Shown: positions 29,265-42,852, counted from the first letter of the stretch. The stretch: DNA of 64,000 nt from Eledone cirrhosa (GCA_964016885.1 OZ024740.1:234360001-234424000), one strand, 5' to 3'. Notes: generated from the letters alone by a model not told the origin. A program made the numbers and translations.

Positions 29265-29631
29265 CTGTAACAGAAATTGCCGGTCTAATTTGCATGTCGT
29301 GCATATTTTGTGGAGACGCAATAAATTAGATAGTAAATATCTATCCAGAACACATTGTTTATTATCCATAGTTTTCTAAGAGATGGCAACATCAATGGGC
29401 CTGTTATTTTACTCTAAACATTCTTTTCCCGTTTCCGTTCCGTCCGTCTCCTCAATCTTTCTATTTCTACTTTAATTTCTCATTCTATCTTCTAATGAGG
29501 GACCTTTCCTACTATATCAAGCTTGAAACTAATAATATATTCTTTCATTGTACTATGTGGCTTGCTTTGTTATTTCTGTTTGCCTTTTGTATATATATAT
29601 ACGTGTGTTTATATATATATATATATATATA

Positions 29632-30108
29632 TATATCTATCTATCTAAGGCGGGTAAAATTCCCGAGATCCATGGACGAGTTCTCTCCAGCGGTCTCTGT
29701 CCCTCATTATCGCTGCCATGTCCTGCGTCTCCAACAGACCAGTGTCTGTCCTTAGGGCATCAACATATGTTAACCTTGGTCTTCCTCTTCCAGTGTGTCC
29801 ATGTAGGGGCTCCCAAAGGAGCACGGAGTGCAATGTCAACTCTGGATGTCGGTGAGCATGTCCAGCCAACCTCAGTCTCCTCTGTGTCACTTTTGAGCTG
29901 ACTTTTGGGAGGCTCCCATACAGCTCTGAGTTTTTCATCCTCAGTGTATACTGATTAATGTTCAGAGCCATCCTCAGCATTCTCGTGTAGCACCCATCCA
30001 CCATCTGAGTGAGTCTCTTGGTCAGTGTCCAAGTCTCAGACCCATACAGCAGCACAGACTCCACTACAGCAATGAAGAGGCGGACTTTCAGGTCTCTACG
30101 AAGGTCCG
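29632..30108 (-). mobile_element. 5'-truncated RTE-clade LINE (C-terminal ORF region) with (TAGA)n tail
   Basis: ESVLLYGSETWTLTK...DGCYTRMLR...RRLRLAGH...RGRP...DRDRWR. Confidence 0.9.
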
Positions 30109-30126
30109 TATATATGTGTATCTATC

Positions 30127-30162
<36 letters not shown>

Positions 30163-30290
30163 TATAGATATATATGTATGTATGTATATCTGTATATATA
30201 TATATGTATGTATATATATATATATAGATGTGTATATATATATGTGTGTGTGTATGTATGTATGTATGTATATATATATATGTATGTATG

Positions 30291-30321
<31 letters not shown>

Positions 30322-30343
30322 ATATATATATATGTATGTATAT

Positions 30344-30377
<34 letters not shown>

Positions 30378-30380
30378 GTA
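30109..30380. repeat. (TA)n/(GA)n/(TATG)n compound microsatellite; similar tracts recur throughout 32-52 kb
   Basis: Direct sequence. Confidence 0.9.
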
Positions 30381-30572
30381 AAAGGTAAACAGAAATGACA
30401 ACACAATCGGTACAGTATATGGAAGGTGTATATTAGGTTAACGCTTGATATAACAGGTGTGTCCATGGAGATGCTGCATGATTCTGTGTATGCCAATGTA
30501 CACACGTGCAGAGCCTGCAAACATGCACTCATTATACAAGTCAGCCCACGTGAAACCTGCAACTAAACATAC

Positions 30573-30586
30573 GTTGCTAAGGTAAC
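30573..30586 (+). promoter_or_regulatory. Possible RFX X-box
   Basis: GTTGCTAAGGTAAC, close to the GTTNCCATGGNAAC consensus. Confidence 0.3.
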
Positions 30587-30726
30587 TATGTTAAACAATC
30601 TGCTGGTCCTTTCCTGTGAACCCCGCTACACCTTGCGCTTAAAAACAAGAACACACGTACTCATACTCACGTAAAACATATAACCATCCAGATGTGTGTA
30701 TGAAGAGAGTATTATATTATAGTATA

Positions 30727-31214
30727 CTAGCAGAAAAACCACCCTTCAAGCGGTTTTCTGCTAGCATGTTATAGTGTGTATATTGATATTTTAGGCAAGT
30801 ATATATAAATGTAGATATGATACATCAAATACAATCGTAATTGACAATATACACAGAAATTGAACGAAGACTGTGTTACACTCTCTTATGTAATCAGTAA
30901 TGTAATCCATGATACATGAAAAAAAAAGACGATATTATATATATAAACTGCATTAGGAGAAAATTAGTGACGGAAATATATGTGTATTTATTTAAGCGAT
31001 CGCTAACCGGAAGTGTTGACATTTGAACATTTTAAAGAAGTGAATCTTTAAATAAATAATAAAATATATTTAATGAACAGCCACGAAATTTAGTAGATAA
31101 ATTATGTAATATTCATTCATTATTTATTCAAAGTAATCCAACTTATTTTATTAAGGGGATAAACAATTATAAACCGTCCGCAATCCCGCGCTTCTTACTT
31201 TATTATAGTTTAGA
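30727..31214 (-). mobile_element. Non-autonomous Helitron
   Basis: Minus strand begins A|TCTAAACTATAATAAAAG and ends hairpin...CTGCTAG|T; inserted in an AT dinucleotide without TSD. Confidence 0.6.
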
Positions 31215-31215
31215 T

Positions 31216-31388
31216 TATCAGTAGAGGGTCAGACGCCATGCTTTGCAGCATAGAGTTACGTGCCTTTACGGTCTGAGTTCAAATCCCACCGAAGTTAACT
31301 TTGCCTTTCATCCTTACGGGAACGATAAAATAAAGTACCAGTAATACACTGGGATAATTGCTGGCCTTGTGCCAAAAGTAGAAACAAT
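31216..31388 (+). mobile_element. SINE
   Basis: Same family core and tail. Confidence 0.9.
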
Positions 31389-32315
31389 TATATATAACAG
31401 ATGCATGAAGGCGAATGCCCTAGTGTTTAAGGTGTTCGACTTGATAATGTCGTAGGTTCTACTCTTTGAGCAGGTGGCGTGTTGTATTCTTGAGCAACAA
31501 AACACTTTAGTTCACATTGCTCCAATACACTCAACTGAAAATGAGTACCAGCCGTAACTGGGGGTTAACCCGGCGATGGACTCATTTCTCTCCAGGGGTG
31601 GAGGGGGGGGGGGTTACTGTCACTCACTTAACACCGATGAAAAATGAAACCGGAGATAAGCAGCGGTCTGATGGTTTGGGAGGGACTTAACATTTTTTTA
31701 ACCGAGACTACTTTCGGTGCAGGTCGAATATCACTGATGGAAGAATTTCAAAACAACGCTATCTGGCATTCGACATCTGTGACTGGGAAAATAAGTTTTC
31801 GTCACAATTGCCACTGATCACACAACTAGAAATTATTTATTATATGGCAAATATAATGGATATGGCTAATATAATAATAAACTAGATGGGCTTTTCCTCT
31901 CCGTCTTCCTTTGTCACCTTTTCTTTAACCTTGACTCATCAAACGTTTTGAGACGTAAGATAATTCATGTTCATACTCTGCGTCAATTGTCAGCCTGTAA
32001 CTATAGTAGGTGACGCTTGCCCCAAAATCGATCCCTAGAGATAGATAATAACTTTTTTATGCAATTTTTCCTCATCAATAGTGTAATTTATTTCTGTGAC
32101 TATTTTTTCAAGTGATTATAATCCCGCTCACCAAACAACCAACAACTACCACCACCACCACCACCACCACCACCACAAGAACATCAACAACTGGTATGCT
32201 AAATGTTCTTTTCTTGAATAATAAGTTACTTTATCTATCTAGAACAGTTGAATAATCCAATAAAGCTACTGAACATCCTAGTTAATTAAATTCAGTTACA
32301 TATCACCACCTGCTT

Positions 32316-32358
<43 letters not shown>

Positions 32359-32574
32359 AACACACATATCTATGTGTTTTTATACGTTCTTCTCGGTGTG
32401 CATTTACCTATCATGCTGTGTATCTACCTATATACATATATATATATATATACATACATATACATACACAAATATATATATATATATATATTCAATGAAT
32501 TTGTTTTCGAAACGACAAGATCTCGACAGTCGGAGCCTGACTCTCTCTCCCGCTCTCTCTCTCTCTCTCTCTCC

Positions 32575-32652
<78 letters not shown>

Positions 32653-32656
<4 letters not shown>

Positions 32657-32853
32657 TTAATATAGATGAGATTCTACAGGACTAGAACTGTTTCATTCAT
32701 TAGAAATCATCAGGAATCTGAGATTCCTGATGATTTCTAATGAATGAAACAGTTCTAGTCCTGTAGAATCTCATCTATATTAAAACTGTTATACTCTGCT
32801 ATGTATTGAGTACCTTACTTACTGTGGTTACCTCCGATTCAACCCGGAATAAC

Positions 32854-32855
<2 letters not shown>
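32653..32855 (+). ncRNA. Type I hammerhead ribozyme within a 135-bp palindrome (Penelope pLTR-like) between (TA)n tracts
   Basis: AGATTC-CTGATGA(32727)-TTTCTAATGAAT-GAAA-CAGTTCTAGTCCTG-TA^GAATCT; mirror copy at 32653-32719. Confidence 0.8.
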
Positions 32856-32920
<65 letters not shown>

Positions 32921-32974
32921 ATTCATGAAAAATGATATATTAGTCAATATATCATTTTTCATGAATGGCATATT

Positions 32975-35900
32975 TTAAACGCATTTCCGAAGACAAAATG
33001 AGCTTAACTCTAGTCTATGGCTTGAAAAAATTATTATGCATGATTCATTGGTACATTATCATTGGTTTATTTTAAATTATAATTGTTCAACAAGTGATCT
33101 AAAGCATCTTTAAAGTCCTGAACAGTAGCATCCGTTTTGCAGCTGACTTTCTCCAGATAAACCCTCAGATTTCGCACGTAAGTATCCACATCTAGTTTCC
33201 GATAATTCCTTTTCAGTTAGAAAATGTCGCTGGTTTTTGGTATCGATAGCGAAGTGTCCCTTGCATATCTAATTTCTAAATACAACCTTTCTATTTTATC
33301 TGTTTCCGAAGCTGTATCGCTCTCCATATATGTATCTATCTCCTCCTTTTTAGATAATCAAGATCCTTGTTTCGTCGCTTTTCGGTGGCGATATTGGCAT
33401 TTTCCTTGGTTGCGAGGCCTTCGCGTGTCAACTCCTCCTGTCTTACAGTCCATGCTTTCATAATTTCAGGTATTTGGCCGCCTTTTCTAACCAACTTCCT
33501 GTATTTGACGAAAGATCCCGACTCATTTTCGATCAGGTCTTTAGCCTTCATCTTTACTTGAGATGAAGAAGCGGCGGCCAATTGTTTCGCGCCTCGGCGA
33601 GTCAAATCGTAATTAATAAAGCCCACGCCTCTTTCTGAATCGAGGTTGTGTATAGGCGCTTTTTCAAGTTTCGCAGTGTCCATCTTTGATAAGGCGTATG
33701 GAAAATCGTGAGCTTCTCCAAATCCGAATATGTCGCTCTTTTGCTTCTGGAAGCCATCACCCAACTTCGGTAAGAGCACCTTTATGACTTTGAGTACATC
33801 ATCTCTCAACTCGCTGGTCGCCGCATTTATCGTATCGCACATTTCGTCATCATATCGGATGTCTGAAACGTTCTTCTGATACGAAACTCAAAGCTGGTAG
33901 GTCGGTAGATAATAATTTGCTGGGATCAATATGTATCAAATCGTCGTAGATCTTATTGAATGCTATCGCCAGTTTGGGATAGTCTGTCGTTTGTGCAGTC
34001 GTGAGTGATAAGAATGGCTCTACCAAATGTAATCCGATGATAGCTCCACTGCAGAACAACACCACACCCGGAAGAAGTCCATATTCATAAAACAGCGCAC
34101 TCTGCACGCCAACTGGTTAGTTACATGCTCGAATTTCTGAACGTAAGCAGCTACATCGTCTAGGTGATACAGCGTAACTGCACAAGTTATGGTAAGCCGA
34201 TTGAACCGTTCATCCTTCAATGAAACGGACTTGTTTTTGCGTGGATGTATAAACGAGTCAAAGTCATTCGCCTTGTTCCAAATTGTGTGGTCGAAATCAT
34301 GGCATATCAATCTTGTTATACAGTCGAGGGCTTGCTCTGTGACACTTGAGGCATTAGTAGTTGCATTCACTAGAAAACTCGAGAAGATTTTGTCTCTACC
34401 AATTTCGTTTTCAATTTCAGGCCATAGTTTCGTCAACACCCTGTTGAACATGAGGGAAGGATGAACATTACAGAAAAGGGGGTCTGGAACGTGTTCAGTC
34501 TCTAGTTTTTCAGCTAGGATCGCCTCAACCTCGAAATTGTGTGATGTCTGATCAGTTATCACAAAATCAATTTTTTCGAAGTGCAATTTGACGGATACCT
34601 CACTTGCAGCTTCTAGTATGGACAAAACAGCCAATTTTAAGCCAGCCAAGTTCTGTCGCGATTCAGACGCTATCGGTAACGTAGGAAGCGCTCTGTACTT
34701 TCCACCAACTGTCATGCCCTGTACACTGAAAGATCCAACACCTTGTTTTTTGGACCCGTCGTCGTGATAGGTAATCACGCTGTTGGTATCTAAAGACATG
34801 ATTTCCTTAACTATGCAGTCCAGTGCCATCATTTCAATACTTTTTCCGCTCTCTCGAACATTACGTTTATGAGGTAAAGTATCGAGATCGATCACGTCGA
34901 TTTCGTTATGTAACTTCTATTTCCTGTCAAACAATTTATTTCCAACAACAACTATCGCGGCATTAGCCTGATTTTCAGACATATGAGTTATGGATTTCAG
35001 TTCATCGATAGTTTCGTATATTTCTGGCTTTATTATCCTCTCAGTGATTCGTAGGTGTCTGAAACATGGGGGTAGAAGATCATCTCCGAAGTCCAATGAT
35101 GCCACAACATTACGCTTCTTAGGAACCGACGGAGCACTGTCAGATGAGAAATCAACGTCCGCAACTTGTTCGTTGTCTTCGGTAGAGTCCGAAGACACAT
35201 CCATAAATAATTGGATCATTTCTTGCTCTTTTTCAGCTCTCTGCCATCTGTCTTTCCAAAGATTCAATGTCACTTTTCCTCCTCCTCATTGTCTCTTCCT
35301 ACTTTTTATCTATGAAATTCTCACAAAACATTTCACGGTCCTTGCGCTGATCATGAAGGAATTCCCACTCATCGTCCGTCATGCTGACCCCGTGGTAATT
35401 TTCTAGTCTCTTCCTCACTACGGCGTTCTCGCAGAATATATCAAATATATAATCAACTTCGTTGTTAAAGTTTTTAACCTCCTCCAAATTTTTTAACCTT
35501 CTCCTGTTCTTCCTCGTTTGATATAGTCGTTGAAATTCTGCATATAATTGAAGTATTTTCCGTTTTATCGTCACTGTATATACGTTACAGAAAATCCAGT
35601 GTTCTGATAGCACATATAAAAGGGACAATGCTGCTGCTTCTTTTGATCTCTGACTCTGGCCTGCTCGTGATGGTCGCATTAGATACATCATGTTCGTGAT
35701 AACATTCCTTTTTGTGGATAGAAGTCCATTGGGGAATCCTACAGTTTCCACATATTCCAGTTCACCGAGAATCTTCTTCGCGGACGATAGCAATGGTAAT
35801 TTTGTGTGCCTGTATGCCATTTCAAAAATTGGACGTTAATCTGAAAGTACGAAAGATATGGTGCATGTGAGATCACGGAGAAATACAGGTTCGGCTAAAG

Positions 35901-36311
35901 AACGAAGCAATAACAAATTCGGTAGACGTTAAACATGAGAAACTATTTATTACATGAGACAACATAACTCTCGCAGTGAAAAATTATTGTACCCGCCATA
36001 TCGAATTTTGGTCGCCATCTTGGATTTTGGTCGCTATCCTGGATTTCCGGCATATTGGATGGTGTAATGCAAAAACAATACCATAAATGAGTTTATCGAC
36101 CCCCAAAATCCCCATTGTGACGAAGTATATATCGAGTATAGGTGCAATAATAACGGTTTTTTCCTTCTTTTCAACCATCCTCAACTTCAGGGGTATGTAC
36201 AGGGGGGTTCCGGCCCTCAGGAAAATTTTTTAGTATGATATCAGTGAATGGTATGGGTCACTGCATATTTTAAAGGGGGCCCGGAAAAAATCCATATTTA
36301 TCACACTACCC
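32975..36311 (-). mobile_element. hAT-related (hATm/hATx-like) DNA transposon with frameshifted transposase
   Basis: Consecutive minus ORFs 35820 to 33336 with motifs YHDDG, TDQTSHN, FCNVH, KDERF and HNLDSERGV (D, D, CxxH, RW-like, E). Right terminus AGGGTAGTG; subterminal GCCATCTTGGATTT repeats. Left TIR not found. Confidence 0.7.
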
Positions 36312-36604
36312 TCATGTCATATTGATCATTTGTACTTGGTGGTTGTTTTTAATAAAACTGTAGAATCAGCTAGTATACTTTAGTAGACTACATAACAATA
36401 ATATTTTTTGTGTCTTACCTCAATTTGAGATCTCCAGCAGAATGTTTTCTAGCTCATAACAAACTTTGATAATTATGTAAGTGCACATGTGAAACTCCAG
36501 AGCAACAAGACTCAACACTTAACCGAATTGTAGATTATATATTGTATTATATTATATATATATATATATGTGATCGTCTCTCTTCTTTGTTATAATATTG
36601 ACAC

Positions 36605-36702
36605 GCCGAGGTTGACTTTGCCTTTCATCCTTACGGGGTCGATAAAATAAAGTACCAGTAATGCACTGGGTAATTGCTGGCCTTGTGCCTAAAGTAGAAA
36701 CA
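36605..36702 (+). mobile_element. 5'-truncated SINE with 16-bp TSD
   Basis: GTTATAATATTGACAC at 36589-36604 and 36703-36718. Confidence 0.92.
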
Positions 36703-36976
36703 GTTATAATATTGACACAGCGTCTGATAGACATAGGCAATACCTAAATGTAGGGAGTCTAGGTCTGATTACACCATTGTCGGCTGATTGCTCGATCAAC
36801 CAACAATTTACTTTAGAATTTTAATTCCACGAAAGTACCATACGTTATTTTCGGAGACCATCTGCTATCGATATAACACCATAGTTGCAGGCTGTCTCCG
36901 AATCTCTTTTCTATTTTTCTCTATCTTCCATTTTATGTTTAGATTCAACGTAATCCTGTTACAGTATTATGAAAAT

Positions 36977-37021
<45 letters not shown>

Positions 37022-37029
<8 letters not shown>

Positions 37030-38043
37030 GGAAGCAGAAAATTGCTTATTGTGATCCAGTTCGTGGTTAACAAAGCCAGTTTCATGGACGGTTTCAACGT
37101 ACGGTTAGGGGTAACTCCACAAGTTTGTAAGAATTCCGTTCAATCTTGGAGTATAAAGTATAAAAGAGAAAACACAGGTAAGCATTAAGAGAAGGATTTT
37201 ATCCAGGTATTTACGACCGTTTCATTGGTAAGTGCAACCTTATATTGCTATACTGCAAATAGCAGCCACTCAATTATAATTGTTGTTCACGTCCAAATTT
37301 TCAAAATAGTGAGTAAGTTACTCTTGAAATAGTTCTTAATATATAGAGAAAAACATTTTTTTTTAATTGTATTTACTAGTATAGAGAGAGAGGAAGAGGA
37401 ATTAGAAGGTGAGAGGACAAACGGAATGGTATATAGAGAGAGGAAGAGGGAGAAGAGTTAGGAAGTAGAGTGACAAACTGAGATGGAGGGAGGAGTAGAG
37501 GTGGAAGGATTCCTTGATCAGTTTTGATATGTAGACTTCATGTCGTGGAGTGTAGTGAGTTAAAGAGAATTAAATTGATCATAGTGGGAGGGATGGATAG
37601 AGAGAGGGGGAGGGGATATAAAGAGATAAATATATATATAAAAAATAAAGATAAAGATAATAATGACAAAAATAAAAGCAAAGAAGGGGGGAGAAAGAAG
37701 AAAAGAAAAGATAGCCAAAAAGGGGAGGGAAGGAAGGAAGAAAACGAAGAAATAGAAGAGGTATGAAGGAGAAGGGAGGGATATAGGTATTGGTTTTTGT
37801 GGGTAATTAAAAGGGTTTAGATACAATAAGGGTATAAAGTCTAAGTATATGCAGTTTGTCAGTTGGTAGTAAGAGGTTAAGGGTTCGATTTGCACTTGTA
37901 GTGCGAAAACTTTTCTTTGAGTCTATGGTTACAATAAATTGCTATTAGCAGTATAGCAATATAAGGTTGCACTTACCAATGAAACGGTCGTAAATACCTG
38001 GATAAAATCCTTCTCTTAATGCTTACCTGTCTTTTCTCTTTTA

Positions 38044-38047
<4 letters not shown>
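37022..38047 (-). mobile_element. 5'-truncated Penelope-like element with inverted pLTR fragment, in (TA)n
   Basis: About 37155-37265 is inverted at about 37940-38047; ORF end AIYCNHRLKEKFSHYKCKS resembles a GIY-YIG C-terminus; half-hammerhead GAAACGGTCGTA. Confidence 0.6.
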
Positions 38048-38101
<54 letters not shown>

Positions 38102-38106
<5 letters not shown>

Positions 38107-38291
38107 TATAGCAATGGCTTCTACGGGACTGGAACTGTTTCATTCGGGAGAAATCATCAGGAAGCCCTGATGATATCTCCCGAATGAAACAGTTCTAGTC
38201 CTGAAGAAGCCATTTCTATATTAAATATTTATACTCTGCTATGAATTGAGTACCTTACTTACTGTGCTTACCCCCGATTGAACCCGGGATA

Positions 38292-38295
<4 letters not shown>
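38102..38295. ncRNA. Second member of the 32.7-kb fold-back hammerhead family
   Basis: Minus copy GGCTTC-CTGATGA-TTTCTCCCGAAT-GAAA-CAGTTCCAGTCCCG-TA^GAAGCC; plus copy has GTA changed to GAA; same 3' tail as 32790-32853. Confidence 0.75.
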
Positions 38296-38360
<65 letters not shown>

Positions 38361-38478
38361 ATATATATATACATATATATATATATATACATATATATAC
38401 ATATATATACATATATATATATATGTGTATGTGTATGTGTGTGTCTGAGTGAGGAAATTTGATCCGAAATTATTGCAA

Positions 38479-38566
38479 GTGTCCGACGAACCTGCAGTTC
38501 TAGAATCAGACAGATCCATACAATGATCGTGTCTCGAGTTGTCTGCCGGCGAAACAATTGTAACAC
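38479..38566 (+). ncRNA. Degenerate hammerhead (core CCGACGA)
   Basis: GTGT-CCGACGA...GAAA-CAATTG-TA^ACAC. Confidence 0.55.
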
Positions 38567-38609
38567 ACAATAAATTGAGTTCAGATGCATCACTGATTTT
38601 TCGTTTTAC

Positions 38610-38669
<60 letters not shown>

Positions 38670-38674
<5 letters not shown>

Positions 38675-39785
38675 CAAATAGTGAAAACAATGAAATTAAA
38701 CAAAATACGGGTAATTCATAGTAAAACTCATTATTTTACGATCGTTTCTAGGGGATAGTTCTCTGTATGTTCATTCTATTAGTGATCTATGTAAAATATA
38801 TTACAAATTATCTAAGTAAGAAAATATACATACGTCTTCCTATATTTCATCCCTATAACTGTTTTAAATAATTAACTATTAATGAGCACTGTATATTACA
38901 TTATATTCAACACTCTAACAAAACTTTAACAGATATGCATTAAGAAAACCAGATTATTAATGAGATCTCTTATTCGAAAATAAAATTCCCTACAGGTAAA
39001 ACTTCATTCTGACCACTCTAACACAATACAATACTTACACAAATGTTATTATTTTCTTACCTATATATTTTTTAAATCTAATTTTTACTTTTCTTTGGTT
39101 CCATCTATATTCCTCTACTTGCTCTATTTTTAGAACAAATTATTCCTCTTGAACAAAGAAGTAACAAATATTTAAGATTGTTCTATACTATTCTACTAGA
39201 TATAACACACTGATACCTGCAACCCTTTCCTCCAACTTTAATCTTCTTTGACCGTCCACACTTTTCTGAAATTTCTATACAATCTGTCTTCCTTTACACT
39301 CGCAACTTTCTTTTCTTAAACGTCATTCGATACCTCATCCCCTGACTGCTAATTTATTCATCTACTACTACTAGCTTAATGATCTATATTCCCCCTTCCT
39401 ATTTTTACTATTGGTCAATCTCAACCTTGTTCTTAAAAGGCTACTTATTCATACATGTTTTTATATTCTTCAATAAACAAAACTCATTCCGCCGAGGTTA
39501 ACTTTGCCTTTCATCCTTACGGGGTCGATAAAATAAAGTACCAGTAATGCACTGGTTAATTGCTGGCCTTGTGCCAAAAGTAGAAACAATTCTTTCTGAA
39601 GACGGCGGGTAGCGAAGACGTATGTATATTTTCTTACTTTGATAATTTGTAATATATTTTACATAGATCACTAATAGAATGAACATACGGAGAACTACCC
39701 CCCAGAAACGATCGTAAAATAATGAGTTTTACTATGAATTACCCTTATTTTGTTTAATGTCATTGTTTTCACTATTTGTATTATT
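38670..39785 (+). mobile_element. Penelope-type fold-back unit: inverted arms 38670-38840 and about 39613-39783, with SINE tail and hammerhead
   Basis: Arms are reverse complements; SINE 3' part at 39489-39590; hammerhead at 39589-39723. Confidence 0.7.
39589..39723 (+). ncRNA. Type I hammerhead with long helix II
   Basis: ATTCTTT-CTGAAGA(39596)-...GGGTAG/CTACCC, CGTATGT/ACATACG...-GAAA-CGATCG-TA^AAATAAT. Confidence 0.65.
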
Positions 39786-40536
39786 TTGACTCTGCTTCCA
39801 ATGAATTATATCGTTGAAATTTTGTATTTTAAACTTTGCTTCACGACATCTTCTACATACGGATTACATTGAGTTCTTCATACGGCTTGAACCCCACCAT
39901 TAATTGGTGGATTTATCTTTATTTAATTATATCTCATATAAAATAATACAACTGGCTATCCGCAAAATACGTATAGTTAGCACCCCAAACGTACAGTTGG
40001 GATTATTCTAAGGTATATCCTAATGTTTGTTGAGTGAGATGGAAGCCGGTCGGAGTATTGCTTAAAGCTTTCTCTGTTAATGTATTAAATATATATATAT
40101 ATATATATATATTAATAGAACCGCCTATACGAGAATTGAACTGTCTCAAGGGGTTATAGCTTTGATTTATCCAGCTATATTATAGTTAATATGCGTACAA
40201 TTGCATTTACGAGAGGCAACGCTTTCTCACAAATTTCAAGTATACATATACACATTCCATATTTAAATGGATACTAAGCAGCTCAAGTTCGTTTATTATA
40301 AATTTATAAATTCATATTTGTACAAACACTACAAGTTTTTCAACCGATGATACGAGAAATGAATATGTAACAGACATTTATTAAATATTTAACCATGGAA
40401 ACAAGTCTTATACACGTGTTTCTTGGTAGATTGAAAAAGAAGAACAGCATGACTGAAGCTTCGATCTTTAAGATAATCCTCAGAAACAATCAAGGTCATT
40501 CGCAACCCCCAGGGTATATATATATCAAAGGTTATA

Positions 40537-40924
<388 letters not shown>

Positions 40925-41314
40925 GTATGTATGTATATATATTTAATGTGCTTTTACATACACATTTCTCATAGCTTCGGTTAAAAAGCTCTAGTTTTTG
41001 TACAGACACAAATACGTGTGTGTGAGTGCTTATCTGTGCGTGTGTATATATATATATATATATACATATGGTTATTCTTTTAATATCCAATTGGGTTCTT
41101 ATACACGTGGTTAATACCGAACAGGTTTAAATGACCAGCGTGTATATTGTTTTATTTTAAGATGACCTCCCTTTACCCTTTTGGGGACAGCGTGTATTTT
41201 ATCTTTGGGAGGACTGCTGGATTTTCTAATCTACCAGTCTCTTCTTAGCGCTGAGGGAGACCATCGCCATTCTATTAATGTCGATATAATTCTTATATCG
41301 ATATTATTTGGGCA

Positions 41315-41438
41315 TCCACTGATGAGTTTATAAGTGCCCGCTTGTGTATAAAACTATGGATTATATACAAGTTTCTACATAACCTGGAAATTATTTATCC
41401 CAAATTGTAGAAATCTTATAACGAAACGGCCGTCTGGA
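41315..41438 (+). ncRNA. Type I hammerhead with long structured helix II
   Basis: TCCA-CTGATGA(41319)-GTTTATAAG...CTTATAAC-GAAA-CGGCCG-TC^TGGA. Downstream 41450-41620 is a diverged direct copy of 39915-40085. Confidence 0.75.
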
Positions 41439-41709
41439 AGGAAAGAGATATTTATTTAATAATGTCTCATATAAAATAATACAACCAGCTATCCACGAAA
41501 TACTGATTAGTTAGCACCCCAAACACTAAACTGGGATAATACTTAGGTATATCCTAATGTTTGTTGAGTAAGATGGAGTTGGTCGGAGTATCGCTTAAGG
41601 CTTTCTCTGTTTATGTATTGTATATATATATATGTGTGTGTATATATATATATACAATATATAGAGGCGAAAACACAGAAGAGTGTGTTTTTCTTTACAG
41701 TGCCCAGGA

Positions 41710-41776
41710 AAACTCTTTCCTTTGAGGTCATTTAATTACACGATTGTACACGAGCCCTTTGCTCCGTTATTTTACT

Positions 41777-41822
<46 letters not shown>

Positions 41823-41891
41823 CAAGTAAAATAACGGAGCAAAGGGCTCGCGTATAATCGTGTAATTAAATGAGCTCAAAGGAAAGAGTTT
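41710..41891. repeat. 70-bp inverted repeat with (TA)n spacer
   Basis: AAACTCTTTCCTTTGAG...TACTTGAT / ATCAAGTA...CTCAAAGGAAAGAGTTT. Confidence 0.9.
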
Positions 41892-42041
41892 ATATATATA
41901 TATATATAATGTAGGAGGTTATATATATATATATATAATGTAGGAGGTAGCACAATAAAGCAATGCAAATATCGGATAAGTAGCACTCAACAGTATATTG
42001 GACTGGAGTATATATAAGAAGATATATATATACACACACAT

Positions 42042-42120
<79 letters not shown>

Positions 42121-42799
42121 TGCAAGGACATACGCACACACACATATTACATACATGCATACGTACATACACATACAAACATATATATATATATATATAC
42201 ATACATGCATATATACTCACACACATTCATACATATATAGATACATACACACATTACATATATAATTACATACATACATTACATACACACATACACACAT
42301 TCATAGATACACACATCCATACACACATCCATATATACATATATGTATACATATATGTATACATACATACATACATACAGACAGACAGACAGACAGACAT
42401 GTAAATATCTTATATACGTGTGTGTGTGTCAGTATATTTTGTTTATGCATACTTTTATAAACAAACTGGCGTAGCAAAAGCACGCACACTCATATAGAGA
42501 AGGGAAATCATCACATGCAAGTGTTTGCCAGGTCGCGCGTGCAACAGGGTCTAAATATAGCTGAACAGCCTACACATCTGCGCATGCGCGTGTTGTTGAT
42601 CGGCATCTGAGAGCTATGCTAGCAATTATTACAACCGACACCCACACGTGTTGTGTGATGAATGTCAGAAGACACGAAAGCTGGTGATACACGGAAGACA
42701 AACTCAATAATTGATTCATTCACATACCTTTCAGTACGCAGCTATATATACTCGGACACACACAGACACACACACAGACACACGCACACACAGACACAT

Positions 42800-42852
<53 letters not shown>

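Noticed and set aside
30430-30556. Exon after GTTGCAG on the minus strand
   Set aside because: No convincing donor site, and none of the frames is recognisable.
37980-38000. GAAACGGTCGTA as a complete hammerhead
   Set aside because: Only the 3' half is present; no CUGANGA found upstream in either arm.
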